Of a stretch of 64,000 nucleotides of DNA, positions 12,237 through 22,048 are shown piece by piece (positions within the stretch are counted from its first letter, which is position 1; each line of letters begins with the position of its first letter). A program made the translations under genes and the position numbers. Source of the stretch: Candidatus Cloacimonadales bacterium (GTDB lineage: Bacteria; Cloacimonadota; Cloacimonadia; Cloacimonadales; JAFGVF01); assembly GCA_963667035.1 (NCBI GenBank), contig OY762964.1, positions 928,001 through 992,000 on the forward strand, written 5' to 3'. The notes under the pieces were generated by a model, which had not been told where the DNA came from, made no database searches, and saw only the letters and a program-made list of their open reading frames with translations.

Positions 12237-13283
12237 ATGAGAAAAATTGTTACAGTTATAGGGGCTAGACCACAATTCGTTAAATCAGGCCCTTTATCCA
12301 AAGAGTTAAGAAAGAAATTTAAAGAGGTTATTGTCCACTCAGGACAACATTATGATGCGAATCTCTCAGATATTATATTAAGAGATATTGGCTCTCCCAA
12401 ACCGGATTACTTCTTAAAAACCGAGGGAGCTACACATGCTACTCAAACTGCTACTATTCTTAAAAATACAGAAGAAGTATTCTTAATAGAGAAACCGGAT
12501 GCAATACTTGTATTCGGAGATACTAACACAACTCTTGCCGCAGCTATAGCTGCTTCTAAACTTGGGATTAAGATTATCCATGTCGAAGCCGGTTTGAGAA
12601 GTTTTAATAAATCCATGCCGGAAGAGATTAACCGTATAGTCACTGACAGAATTTCTGATATATTGTTTGCTCCTACTATAATTGCATTTGAGCATTTGAG
12701 AAGAGAAGGACTTGCAGAAAACGCTTATATGACGGGTGATATTATGGTTGATAGCGTTAAAACTGTCAGCTCTATGGTAGATGAGTCTATCTTACATGAA
12801 TGGGATTTGCAGGCAGGTGATTATTACCTTCTGACATTACACAGACCTTACAATGTTGATAACAAAGAGAATTTGCTTAATATCCTTAATGACTTGGCAA
12901 AACTAGACTCGAAAGTTGTTTTCCCTGCCCATCCGAGAACTCAGAAAGTCTTAGGAGAAGAGAGATTACCTTCCAACGTTAAGCTTATTCAACCTCAAGG
13001 TTACGTAAAGTTTAACGGACTTCAAAAGTATGCAAAAAAGATAATCACTGATTCCGGAGGTGTGCAGAAAGAAGCATATCTTCATAATAAACCATGTATT
13101 ACTTTGAGAACTGAAACAGAATGGGTGGAAACGGTAGAGATAGGATGGAATCTGCTGTTACCACCGATAGAAGGAGATTTAGCTACCAAGATAAAGGCTT
13201 TCGAACCTCCTACTGAACATCCGAATCTCTATGGAACCGAGATTGCCAAAGGTATGGTAAAAATCCTTACTGAGACTATCTAA
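12237..13283 (+). CDS. wecB: Non-hydrolysing UDP-N-acetylglucosamine 2-epimerase (WecB/WbpI type)
   Basis: GARPQFVK, HSGQHYD, GDTNTT, HVEAGLRSFN, MPEEINR, TDSGGVQKEA, LRTETEW. Confidence 0.9.
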   Translation: MRKIVTVIGARPQFVKSGPLSKELRKKFKEVIVHSGQHYDANLSDIILRDIGSPKPDYFLKTEGATHATQTATILKNTEEVFLIEKPDAILVFGDTNTTLAAAIAASKLGIKIIHVEAGLRSFNKSMPEEINRIVTDRISDILFAPTIIAFEHLRREGLAENAYMTGDIMVDSVKTVSSMVDESILHEWDLQAGDYYLLTLHRPYNVDNKENLLNILNDLAKLDSKVVFPAHPRTQKVLGEERLPSNVKLIQPQGYVKFNGLQKYAKKIITDSGGVQKEAYLHNKPCITLRTETEWVETVEIGWNLLLPPIEGDLATKIKAFEPPTEHPNLYGTEIAKGMVKILTETI

Positions 13284-14512
13284 TGTTATTCACTTCAGTT
13301 GTTTTCTTCCTGATAAACTGTATCCTTGATATCCTCTTTATCATAGCATTTCCACTATTGTCTCTTATCTTGAAACATCCTGCAAGTTTCGAACGACTTG
13401 CTTTGTGTCCTCCTGTGCTTAAAAAGCCTATTTGGATTCATGCTGCTTCGGTAGGAGAAGTAAATGCAATACTTCCTATGATAAAGGAATTGGAGAAAAC
13501 CGGAAGAGATATACTGATAACTACTACAAGTGTTACAGGATGGCAGAGAGTTAAAGAGTCTGATTTGAATGTTAGCAGACATCTTTTACCGTTGGATGTA
13601 AGAATTGTTATGAGTTCTTTCATCAGACGAATTGACCCTTGCATGATACTGATTGTTGAAACCGAGATATGGCCGAATTTACTCTATAGTGCAATCAGAA
13701 AACAAATTCCTGTCGGGTGGATAAATGCTCGAATATCCAAAGGAACATTGACAACATTTAAAACCTTATCATGCGTATTCAAACCTCTTTTTAAGAGAAT
13801 TACTTTTGTGAATGCTCAGACCGGTGTTGATAAGCATAGATTCAATAAAATAGGTTTCAGAAATGTACAAATAGCTGGTAACCTTAAGTTTTGTTTGAAT
13901 CTCCCAAGCTACAACTATGAACAGAGTAAATGTAAGTATGGAATCAAAGACCATGATTTTGTGATAGTATGGGGTAGCTCAAGACCAGGAGAAGAGAAGC
14001 TATTTGTTGATCTTATCCCTACTTTGAATAAAGCAATTCCAAATCTAAAGAATGTTATTGTCCCTCGACATCTAAATCGAATGGAAGAGATTACAAAGAT
14101 TATGGGACCAATCCCATTTGCTTTGTTCTCGAAAGACAAGTCGTGTAACTATACAAATGTTATTGTAGATAAAATGGGTGTATTAAACGAGCTTTACAGC
14201 GTTTGCAATATTGCTATAGTCGGCGGTAGTTTTACTGATTTCGGAGGACATAATCCTCTTGAACCTGCTTATTATAAAAAGCCAATAATAATTGGTCCTT
14301 TTCATAACTCCTGTAGGGGTTCAGTGAAAGCTTTAGCTAGAAAGAAAGCTATAGTCATCTCTGATTCCGATAAATTGCTTGATGATATAATCCGTCTTTA
14401 TAATGACAGAGAGTTGAGGGATTCAATGGGGGCAAATGCCAAGAAGACTTTGAATGAAAACTCAAATGCTTTAGATTACTCTGTTGATGCAGTTAAAGCA
14501 CTTATATGTTAG
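13283..14512 (+). CDS. waaA: 3-deoxy-D-manno-octulosonic acid (Kdo) transferase
   Basis: IWIHAASVGE, LPLD, VETEIWPN, INARIS, GNLKF, IVPRH, GGSF..GGHNPLEPA. Confidence 0.93.
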   Translation: MLFTSVVFFLINCILDILFIIAFPLLSLILKHPASFERLALCPPVLKKPIWIHAASVGEVNAILPMIKELEKTGRDILITTTSVTGWQRVKESDLNVSRHLLPLDVRIVMSSFIRRIDPCMILIVETEIWPNLLYSAIRKQIPVGWINARISKGTLTTFKTLSCVFKPLFKRITFVNAQTGVDKHRFNKIGFRNVQIAGNLKFCLNLPSYNYEQSKCKYGIKDHDFVIVWGSSRPGEEKLFVDLIPTLNKAIPNLKNVIVPRHLNRMEEITKIMGPIPFALFSKDKSCNYTNVIVDKMGVLNELYSVCNIAIVGGSFTDFGGHNPLEPAYYKKPIIIGPFHNSCRGSVKALARKKAIVISDSDKLLDDIIRLYNDRELRDSMGANAKKTLNENSNALDYSVDAVKALIC

Positions 14513-15490
14513 ATGCAACAAGCTAAATATTTCAAGAAGCTTCATAACTCAAAAGTTCAATGCATTCTATGTCCTAATAATTGTATTATAAATCCAGATC
14601 AAGTAAGTAGTTGCTTAAGTCGAGTTAATGTTGATGGTAGCCTTTTCGTTCTTAACTATGGCAAGACATGCTCACTGGCAATTGACCCGATAGAGAAGAA
14701 ACCTCTTTATCATTTTCATCCGGGAAGCAGAATATTTTCCTTAGGACCAAACTCATGTAATCTACATTGTAGTTTTTGCCAGAATTACACTATAAGTCAG
14801 ATGCATGCTTCAACCAGAGATGTTTCACCTTCACAATTATTGGAGATATGCAAAGAAAGAAACGTCAAGTCAGTTGCGTTTACATATTCCGAACCAATAA
14901 CCTGGTTTGAGTTTATTATGGATACGGCTCCAATCATGAAAGACAATGGTATAAGTGTAGTCTTAGTCACTAATGGTTATATCAACTCTGAACCTTTACA
15001 TGAGTTACTTCCATATATTGATGCAATGAATATAGATTTGAAAAGTTTTAATAGTGAATTTTATAGTACAGTATGCGATGGAAGCATACGTCCTGTTCTG
15101 GAAACTATTGAAAGTTCTTACAGTTCAACCCATCTGGAACTGACTCATCTATTGATTCCCGACTTGAATGACAATTTGAATGAGTTTGAGTCTATGATAG
15201 ATTTTATTGCAGGAATCAACAAATCAATTCCACTCCATATATCTGCATATTTCCCTGCCTTCAAAATGGATAACAAGCGAACACCATCAAATCTAATCCT
15301 TGAGTATCAAGCTATTGCTAAAAATAAACTTGAGTATGTGTATTCGGGGAATATTGGAGCTGTCTCGGAAACTATTTGTCCTAATTGTGGAAAGCTACTG
15401 ATAAGAAGAGATGTGTTCGGTGTCAAATTAGAAGGAATCATCTCTAACAGATGTGTCAATTGCAATCATGAAATCTATGGAGAGTTTTAA
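14513..15490 (+). CDS. amrS: AmmeMemoRadiSam-system radical SAM enzyme
   Basis: CILCPNNC, DPIEKKPLYHFHPG, CNLHCSFCQN, AFTYSEP, VTNGYI, MNIDLK, C-terminal CPNCG..C..C. Confidence 0.88.
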   Translation: MQQAKYFKKLHNSKVQCILCPNNCIINPDQVSSCLSRVNVDGSLFVLNYGKTCSLAIDPIEKKPLYHFHPGSRIFSLGPNSCNLHCSFCQNYTISQMHASTRDVSPSQLLEICKERNVKSVAFTYSEPITWFEFIMDTAPIMKDNGISVVLVTNGYINSEPLHELLPYIDAMNIDLKSFNSEFYSTVCDGSIRPVLETIESSYSSTHLELTHLLIPDLNDNLNEFESMIDFIAGINKSIPLHISAYFPAFKMDNKRTPSNLILEYQAIAKNKLEYVYSGNIGAVSETICPNCGKLLIRRDVFGVKLEGIISNRCVNCNHEIYGEF

Positions 15491-15858
15491 TGCTCAGAAA
15501 GTATAAAAAGATGTTTACTTTAAGTGACACAGTATTAATAATTGTTATTATTGTAGTTGCAGTTACTGTCTTCTTTTATCAAAGACAGAGCTCATCCCTT
15601 ACAATCAGAGTTACTTATAAGGATAAGACTGTTGCCGAATTCTCCGGAATGGCAAAAGAGAGCTTTGTATTACCGGACGGACACGGGATAATAGAAGTTG
15701 ATCGGGGAAAGGCGAGAATCATTCATTCAGATTGCCATCTGCATATATGCGAAAAGCAGGGCTGGACATCATCTTTACCGATTGTATGTGCTCCCAATAG
15801 AGTTTTAGTGGAATTTATCAGAGCAAAGAAAGAGGACGATATCATCATTCTTCATTAA
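15490..15858 (+). CDS. NusG domain II-containing (Lin0431-like) membrane-anchored protein
   Basis: N-terminal TM helix, then SDC..HICEKQGW...IVCAPNRV. Confidence 0.75.
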   Translation: MLRKYKKMFTLSDTVLIIVIIVVAVTVFFYQRQSSSLTIRVTYKDKTVAEFSGMAKESFVLPDGHGIIEVDRGKARIIHSDCHLHICEKQGWTSSLPIVCAPNRVLVEFIRAKKEDDIIILH

Positions 15859-15896
15859 TTACTTTCTCATCATAATTGCTGTTCAAGGAGGTATAT

Positions 15897-18173
15897 GTGA
15901 GAAAACCAATTCTTATAATCACCCTAGTAGTCTTATGTAGCTTCTGCTTTGCAGAAGGAGTTATGCCTATGGGTTCAGGTGGAGTTTCATCACCTTATCT
16001 TATCAGTTCTCTTGATAATCTTTTATGGCTTAGCACTAATCCTGAATATTGGGAAACGGATACTTACTTTAGACAAACAGCGGATATTGATGCATCGGCA
16101 ACTCAAAATTGGAATCAAGGAGAAGGATTTAATCCGATAGGCTGGCGTATCTATTTTGACTATTACCAAGCATTTCAGGGGAACTACGATGGTGATGGAC
16201 ATACAATAACCGGTCTATACATCCACAGACCAAGTGAGAATAGTATCGGTTTATTCGGTTATACATTTCAAGCAACAATAAGTGACCTTTATGTTACTTA
16301 TGCTAGTGTTACGGCTTATGACTACACGGGATCAATCGTTGGTTATGCTAAAGAGAGCATGTTAGAGTATTGCAGTTGTAGCGGAATAGTATCGGGGAAC
16401 GATATGATTGGAGGACTCGCCGGATTTGTTGAGAATAGCCTTTATACAGGACTTACAAGTGGGGCAGATGTAAGTGGAGTTGATTATATTGGAGGTCTCG
16501 TTGGTCGAGTCCAGAATTCAGTGTTCAGCTCAAGTAGTTCCGGAGGAAGTGTTAATGGTACAAATTACGTTGGAGGATGCTTTGGTTATGTAGAAGAATA
16601 CAGCTCTGTCTCATCGTGTAACTCAACAAGTGAAGTAAACGGAATTGATTATGTAGGTGGCTTTATTGGTGAGATTAGAGAACATTCATCAATAAGTGAT
16701 TCATTTACTAACGGAACTACTGTTGTGGGGGAGCATTATGTTGGAGGTTTTGCCGGAAGTATGAAGATAAACGGACAAGTTCGCGACTCATACTCAGAAA
16801 GAAATGTAGATGCCATTGGAAAATGTGGTGGCTTAATAGGAGATATTGAAGGAGTCGAGAATATAGAAAACAGTTTTTTCCCTTATGAACTGATTTCCAT
16901 TTCCTCCGTTCCTTGCAATAGAAGTGGAGCATTAAGAACAGAGTTATATGATACCTGGAAGGATAATAACCAATACCTTAGCCCGTTAAATTACTTCGCA
17001 AGTCAGGATAACGATTATCAAATATCCAATGCAGATGAGTTTCTCTTGCTTCAATACTTCGGACAGAGAAGTAACTACAGCTTCATTCTCACTGACAATA
17101 TTGATTTGCATGATTATGAAGATGAAGTCATACCAATATTTAAAGGAACATTAAACGGTATGGAGTACGCAATTACAAACTATAATATAGATTCAAGTTA
17201 CGACAGTTCCGGTCTGTTTGAAATTGTTAAAGGAGCTGTTGTAAAAGATGTATCAATTATTAATGCTAATGTTCAAGGGAACTCTGATTCAGGACTTCTT
17301 GGCGGAATCGTTATTGATTCTGAGATTTCTTTCTGTGAATGTAGCGGTACTTTAGAAGGGACATCTAATATAGGCGGTCTGGTAGGAAACATATATAATT
17401 CTACAATTCTCTGCTGTTCCTCTTTTGTGACAATTAACGGAGTGGATAGTGTGGGTGGATTAGTTGGTTTAGTTAATGCTAGATCTATAGTTGAGAACAG
17501 TTACACAAAGGGGATTGTAACGGGTAACGATGCTGTTGGGGGAGTGGTAGGGAGCATGATTTACAACTCATACTTAAACAATGTTTATTCTCTTGCTACG
17601 GTTCAAGGAAGTACAGATGTGGGAGGATTGGCAGGTTCTGCCAGAAACTCTGCTATATTTGATAATGTTTGGAATAATCAGATAGTTGCTTCTCCAATCG
17701 GTAGTTATTATAGTACTATAGTGAGTCATGTTGTTGAATCTGACAGCTTAAGTATGAGAGATGTAAACACATATTTAGATATTGATTGGGATTTCATTGG
17801 CGAAATAGATAATGGTGAAGATGATTACTGGGGTATTAGCCCTGTAGTCAATGATGGTTTCCCAATCATACAGGATGTTACAACTTCACTTGAGATTGAA
17901 GAAGTAGTTTCTATTGAACCAACGATTATTGTGTATCCTAATCCGTTTAACTCCTACACTGAGATAAATATCAAGTCATCTTCAGACAAGAATAGTCTAA
18001 TATGTATTTATAATATTAGAGGACAGAAGATTAAAGAACTGGCTATTAATGATGGCTTTGCCAAATGGGATGGAACAGACCAGTATAACAAGAAGTTGGC
18101 TTCAGGTATTTATCTAGTTAAATCCATGAACAAAGGCTATACTGCTAGTAAAAAGATCATGTTTGTGAAGTAA
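15897..18173 (+). CDS. Secreted GLUG-repeat protein with C-terminal FlgD-Ig/T9SS-CTD-like domain
   Basis: Signal peptide after GTG 15897 (AGGAGG RBS), YFRQTADID, many (V/I)GGLVG repeats, C-terminal YPNPFN...IYNIRGQKI...ASGIY. Confidence 0.85.
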   Translation: MRKPILIITLVVLCSFCFAEGVMPMGSGGVSSPYLISSLDNLLWLSTNPEYWETDTYFRQTADIDASATQNWNQGEGFNPIGWRIYFDYYQAFQGNYDGDGHTITGLYIHRPSENSIGLFGYTFQATISDLYVTYASVTAYDYTGSIVGYAKESMLEYCSCSGIVSGNDMIGGLAGFVENSLYTGLTSGADVSGVDYIGGLVGRVQNSVFSSSSSGGSVNGTNYVGGCFGYVEEYSSVSSCNSTSEVNGIDYVGGFIGEIREHSSISDSFTNGTTVVGEHYVGGFAGSMKINGQVRDSYSERNVDAIGKCGGLIGDIEGVENIENSFFPYELISISSVPCNRSGALRTELYDTWKDNNQYLSPLNYFASQDNDYQISNADEFLLLQYFGQRSNYSFILTDNIDLHDYEDEVIPIFKGTLNGMEYAITNYNIDSSYDSSGLFEIVKGAVVKDVSIINANVQGNSDSGLLGGIVIDSEISFCECSGTLEGTSNIGGLVGNIYNSTILCCSSFVTINGVDSVGGLVGLVNARSIVENSYTKGIVTGNDAVGGVVGSMIYNSYLNNVYSLATVQGSTDVGGLAGSARNSAIFDNVWNNQIVASPIGSYYSTIVSHVVESDSLSMRDVNTYLDIDWDFIGEIDNGEDDYWGISPVVNDGFPIIQDVTTSLEIEEVVSIEPTIIVYPNPFNSYTEINIKSSSDKNSLICIYNIRGQKIKELAINDGFAKWDGTDQYNKKLASGIYLVKSMNKGYTASKKIMFVK

Positions 18174-18341
18174 GTGTTCTCCTTTACCATAAGCCAGAAG
18201 AGCTGTTCCTTACCTAAACCTTACATATTATCTCTATATTTTATTCTAAATTAAACTCTGCTGATTTGGTTAAAAATTATTAACTAATCAGCTCCTAAGT
18301 ATTAAGGCAGTTATTACTTAATATTGCTCAAATAGCATAAA

Positions 18342-18364
18342 GTTATCCACAACTTGTGACTAAC
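18342..18364. promoter_or_regulatory. Inverted pair of DnaA-box-like sites
   Basis: GTTATCCACA-ACT-TGTGACTAAC. The first is a perfect TTATCCACA; the 3-bp spacer matches the pair at 2722. Confidence 0.5.
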
Positions 18365-18369
18365 TAACT

Positions 18370-18424
18370 GCTTTGAGTAAGAGAGCAGTATGAGTCTAGT
18401 AAGTGAGAAGTTAGAATTGAATGA
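18370..18424. repeat. 11-bp phased degenerate repeat array
   Basis: GCTTTGAGTAA/GAGAGCAGTAT/GAGTCTAGTAA/GTGAGAAGTTA/GAATTGAATGA (consensus G-N5-AGTAA). Confidence 0.5.
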
Positions 18425-18635
18425 GAGGAGTGTGGTATTACTATATATTAATTATAGTGTTTAATTGATAGAGATATCTTAGTTGAAAAAAGATTAAATG
18501 TTACTTGACTTATGAAGAGAACTTATGAGTATTAGTGATGAAGATGTATTTTCATGTAACTTAGAAAAATATTAGATTATATACGTCTATAAGGAAATGT
18601 CCATACGACTATTTTATGATACTAGAGGAGGGTAG

Positions 18636-19838
18636 ATGCAGAATCATCACAATGTTTCGAGACATTTAAAATACTTAAGACAATCATTATCACAAACGAA
18701 AAAACCTATTGGTTTTTTTGTCTCTGCAGGATGTCCATTATCAGTGAAAATGGATAAAGATAAATGGCCTTTGATATCTGATATGAAGAAATTAACAGTA
18801 GATATTCTAGAACAACTAAAAGATAACAAAGATTACACTAAACTGCTTGAAGAGCATGGAAAAACTGGTAAAACAAATGATAATATAGAAGATGTTTTGA
18901 GCTTTATAAGAAGCTTGAAGCAAGTCTCTAAAGGGGGTGAAGTAAGAGGATTCACCAACGAAGCTTTAAAAAGTCTTGAAAAAGAAGTATGTAAGATTAT
19001 AGTTAACAAAATGAATGTCAAGCTTCCAAACAATATGACACCATATCACAAACTAGCAAAATGGATTAGCACAATTGACCGAGAAGTCCCAGTAGAAATC
19101 TTTACAACAAATTATGATGTTCTAATGGAACAAGCTTTGGAGGAAATTGAAGTTCCATATTTTGATGGATTTGTAGGAACTATTAAGCCATTCTTTGATC
19201 TAAGATCTATTGAAGAGAATTTGATACCGAGTCATTGGACAAGATTATGGAAAGTACATGGTTCAATAAACTGGCATCAAAAGATGGGAGATAGTCAAAA
19301 CAATGTTTATCGTACTGGAATTGATGAAGAAAATGAATCTCATTTAATATATCCTTCTCATTTAAAATATGATCAAAGTAGAAAAATGCCTTATCTTGCC
19401 TTAATTGACCAGTTAAGTAGTTTCATTAAGCAAAAGTCATCGATTCTTATTATTGTTGGCTACTCATTTAATGATCAACACTTAAACAATATAATAATCA
19501 ATTCTCTTAAATCAAATCCTACAGCGATGGTCTTAGCTTTGTTATATGGTACTTTTAGCTATGAAGACAATGGCAACTTAGTACAAAGATATCCAAATGC
19601 GTACCAACACGCTATTAAGCAACATAATCTCAATGTTTGGACAGAGGATAGAGCAATTATAGGTACTGTTGAAGGGACATGGCATAACGAAGATGATATT
19701 GACTCTGAGTTCTCAGAGTTTATTGAAAAAATTGAAAAAGGGTCTGATGAACAAAATGTTTCAGTAAAAATAGGAGACTTTGAAATATTTTCAGATTACT
19801 TAGTATCATTAATTGGAGACAACATTGATGAAAAATAA
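18636..19838 (+). CDS. SIR2-family (SIR2_2) NADase-like defence protein
   Basis: FFVSAGCP (GAGxS equivalent), IFTTNYDVLMEQA, YFDGF, LWKVHGSINW, LIYP..KY, VGYSFNDQHLN. GAGGAGG RBS. Confidence 0.9.
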   Translation: MQNHHNVSRHLKYLRQSLSQTKKPIGFFVSAGCPLSVKMDKDKWPLISDMKKLTVDILEQLKDNKDYTKLLEEHGKTGKTNDNIEDVLSFIRSLKQVSKGGEVRGFTNEALKSLEKEVCKIIVNKMNVKLPNNMTPYHKLAKWISTIDREVPVEIFTTNYDVLMEQALEEIEVPYFDGFVGTIKPFFDLRSIEENLIPSHWTRLWKVHGSINWHQKMGDSQNNVYRTGIDEENESHLIYPSHLKYDQSRKMPYLALIDQLSSFIKQKSSILIIVGYSFNDQHLNNIIINSLKSNPTAMVLALLYGTFSYEDNGNLVQRYPNAYQHAIKQHNLNVWTEDRAIIGTVEGTWHNEDDIDSEFSEFIEKIEKGSDEQNVSVKIGDFEIFSDYLVSLIGDNIDEK

Positions 19839-21732
19839 AGAAACTTTTTTAGGTATAGTTCAAGATGTAACTGGGACAACAGTAAGATTTTCCTTAACAT
19901 CTGAAAATGTTTCTGAATTTATTTACATAAATGGACAAGGATATCGAATAGGTCAAATTGGTAGCTTCGTTAGAATCCCTATTGGATTTGCTGATCTATT
20001 TGGTATTATCACTCAAGTTGGAGCAAGTTCGAAACCTGAAAATATAGTTGAAGATTCAACTCTTGGCAATAGATGGATGACAATTCAATTGATTGGTGAA
20101 GGGCAGAGAAACGGAAATTTTCAAAGAGGAATAACGCAGTACCCCACTATCGGAGATGAAGTTCATTTGGTTTCTGAAAAAGAGTTAGTAAGAATTTATG
20201 GACAACCAGATAAACCTTATTTTGTAAAAATTGGTAGTATTGCTAATGCAGAGTCAATACCGGCATTGATCGATGTAAACAAGCTAATAACAAGGCATTC
20301 TGCTATCGTGGGTACAACAGGATCAGGTAAATCCACAACAGTTGCAAGTATAATTAATGCTTTAACAGATAAGGATAAATATCCTTCATCAAGAGTAATC
20401 ATTCTAGATATTCATGGTGAGTATGGAAATGCTTTTCGAGATAATTCAAACATCTTCAAAGTAAATGCTAGCAAATCTAGCATGCATAATGAAAAGGAAT
20501 TATCTATTCCTTTCTGGGCTTTAAATTTTGATGAGTTATGTGAAATAAGTTTTGGAAATTTTAATGATGAAAAAAACAGAAACTTTGTGATGGAGAGAAT
20601 ACACAAAGCTAAAGTTGACTCATTAGTTAAATACCCTTTGAATGGTCTATCAGAAGATACATTAAATGTGGACTCACCAGTTCCTTTTAGTATTCATAAA
20701 TTATGGTATGAAATGTATATCGAAGCATTTGGAACCTATTATAAAAGTGATGGATGTCGACCATCTGAAAACATAGCATTTGAAGTAGATGATCGAGATA
20801 CAGAACTTAAAGGAAATCCAGAGTTAGGTATACCTCCTATTTTCAAGAATGTAAATAATGATTCGGGTTCTGTGAAGGTTAACCATTTACCTAATCAACC
20901 AAACATTAGAAAACAGTTATCTCTTCTCGGTGCAAAATTAAGAATTCCGAGATACGATTTCATCTTCAAACCAAGTAAATGGCTTCCAGAGAAAGATGGA
21001 AAGATAAAAGAAGATATTGATAAATTGTTAGTAGATTGGATAGGTAGTCCGAATAATATATCAATATTTGATTTATCTGGAGTGCCATCAGATATACTAC
21101 AGACAATCATTGGTGCTCTTTTCAGATTAGTATACGAAGCACTTTTTTGGAGTCGCAATTTATCACAAGGAGGTAGGTTTAGACCAATATTATTGGTGAT
21201 GGAAGAAGCTCATTTATATCTTAATAATGAGTCAAAGAGTATGGCTTCAAAGATTGTTCAAAGAATTGCTAAGGAGGGTCGGAAATATGGAATTGGAGCG
21301 ATGGTTGTTAGTCAAAGACCATCAGAAGTTAATAGTACAATACTGTCTCAATGTGGTACATTTGTGGCAATGAGATTAGCAAATTCTACTGATAGGAGCC
21401 ATATAACTAGTGCATTACCTGACAACTTAGAAGGATTAACGGATATGTTACCAATACTGAGAACTGGTGAAGCCATTGTATTAGGTGAATCTGTTAAGTT
21501 GCCAATGCGAACATTGATCAAAGCACCTCCTAAAGAAAGAAGACCTGATAGCCAAGATCCAATAATTTATGATGAAATTACCCCAGAAGATTCTATGCAT
21601 CCAGGTGGTTGGAACAATAAAATGGAAAATAATCCTAATTATGAAGAATTAATTGAATCTTGGAGAGCTCATAATCCAAGAATAAGTAGAATAATAGAAA
21701 ATACAAAGATAAAAGGAGAGAAAGATGAATAG
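19828..21732 (+). CDS. HerA/FtsK-like (DUF87) ATPase with N-terminal HAS barrel
   Basis: GQIGSFVRI, FQRGITQYPTIGDEV, RHSAIVGTTGSGKS (Walker A), LDIHGEY, MEEAH (Walker B), IAKEGRKYG, SQRPSE, LSQCGT. ATG 19828 overlaps the SIR2 gene by 11 nt. Confidence 0.92.
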   Translation: MKNKETFLGIVQDVTGTTVRFSLTSENVSEFIYINGQGYRIGQIGSFVRIPIGFADLFGIITQVGASSKPENIVEDSTLGNRWMTIQLIGEGQRNGNFQRGITQYPTIGDEVHLVSEKELVRIYGQPDKPYFVKIGSIANAESIPALIDVNKLITRHSAIVGTTGSGKSTTVASIINALTDKDKYPSSRVIILDIHGEYGNAFRDNSNIFKVNASKSSMHNEKELSIPFWALNFDELCEISFGNFNDEKNRNFVMERIHKAKVDSLVKYPLNGLSEDTLNVDSPVPFSIHKLWYEMYIEAFGTYYKSDGCRPSENIAFEVDDRDTELKGNPELGIPPIFKNVNNDSGSVKVNHLPNQPNIRKQLSLLGAKLRIPRYDFIFKPSKWLPEKDGKIKEDIDKLLVDWIGSPNNISIFDLSGVPSDILQTIIGALFRLVYEALFWSRNLSQGGRFRPILLVMEEAHLYLNNESKSMASKIVQRIAKEGRKYGIGAMVVSQRPSEVNSTILSQCGTFVAMRLANSTDRSHITSALPDNLEGLTDMLPILRTGEAIVLGESVKLPMRTLIKAPPKERRPDSQDPIIYDEITPEDSMHPGGWNNKMENNPNYEELIESWRAHNPRISRIIENTKIKGEKDE

Positions 21733-21934
21733 AGATTCAGTTAGCTCATCAAACATAGCATCAATAGGTTATGATTCAGAAAGTGAAACTTTGGAAATTG
21801 AATTTTTAAATGGTTCAGTTTATCAATACTTCGATGTTCCTGAGCATGTTTACGAGGGAATTATGAGTGCAGATTCACATGGTAAATATTTAAATGCTAA
21901 TATTAAAGGAAATTATAGGTATTCGAAAGTTTAA
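21725..21934 (+). CDS. KTSC domain protein (69 aa)
   Basis: VSSSNIASIGYD...LEIEFLNGSVYQYFDVP..VY..IMSADSHGKYLNANIKGNY is a canonical KTSC pattern. AAAGGAG RBS, 8-nt overlap with HerA. Confidence 0.92.
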   Translation: MNRDSVSSSNIASIGYDSESETLEIEFLNGSVYQYFDVPEHVYEGIMSADSHGKYLNANIKGNYRYSKV

Positions 21935-22007
21935 TTAATATACTCAAATGTATAATTTAGAGAAGTGAAGCTGGTCTATTATTGAGTATAGCTGAACTCC
22001 TCAGTAG

Positions 22008-22048
22008 AACATTTAACATAGGTCGCAAATGCGACCTTGTTATATGTT
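22008..22048 (+). terminator. Hairpin, likely terminator of the SIR2-HerA-KTSC operon
   Basis: AACATTTAACATAGGTCGC-AAAT-GCGACCTTGTTATATGTT, a near-perfect stem. Confidence 0.6.

Noticed and set aside
22008..22048. attC site closing the defence operon (ATTTAAC...GTTATAT)
   Set aside because: The core motifs fit, but 41 bp is too short for an attC with L boxes. A terminator explains it better.
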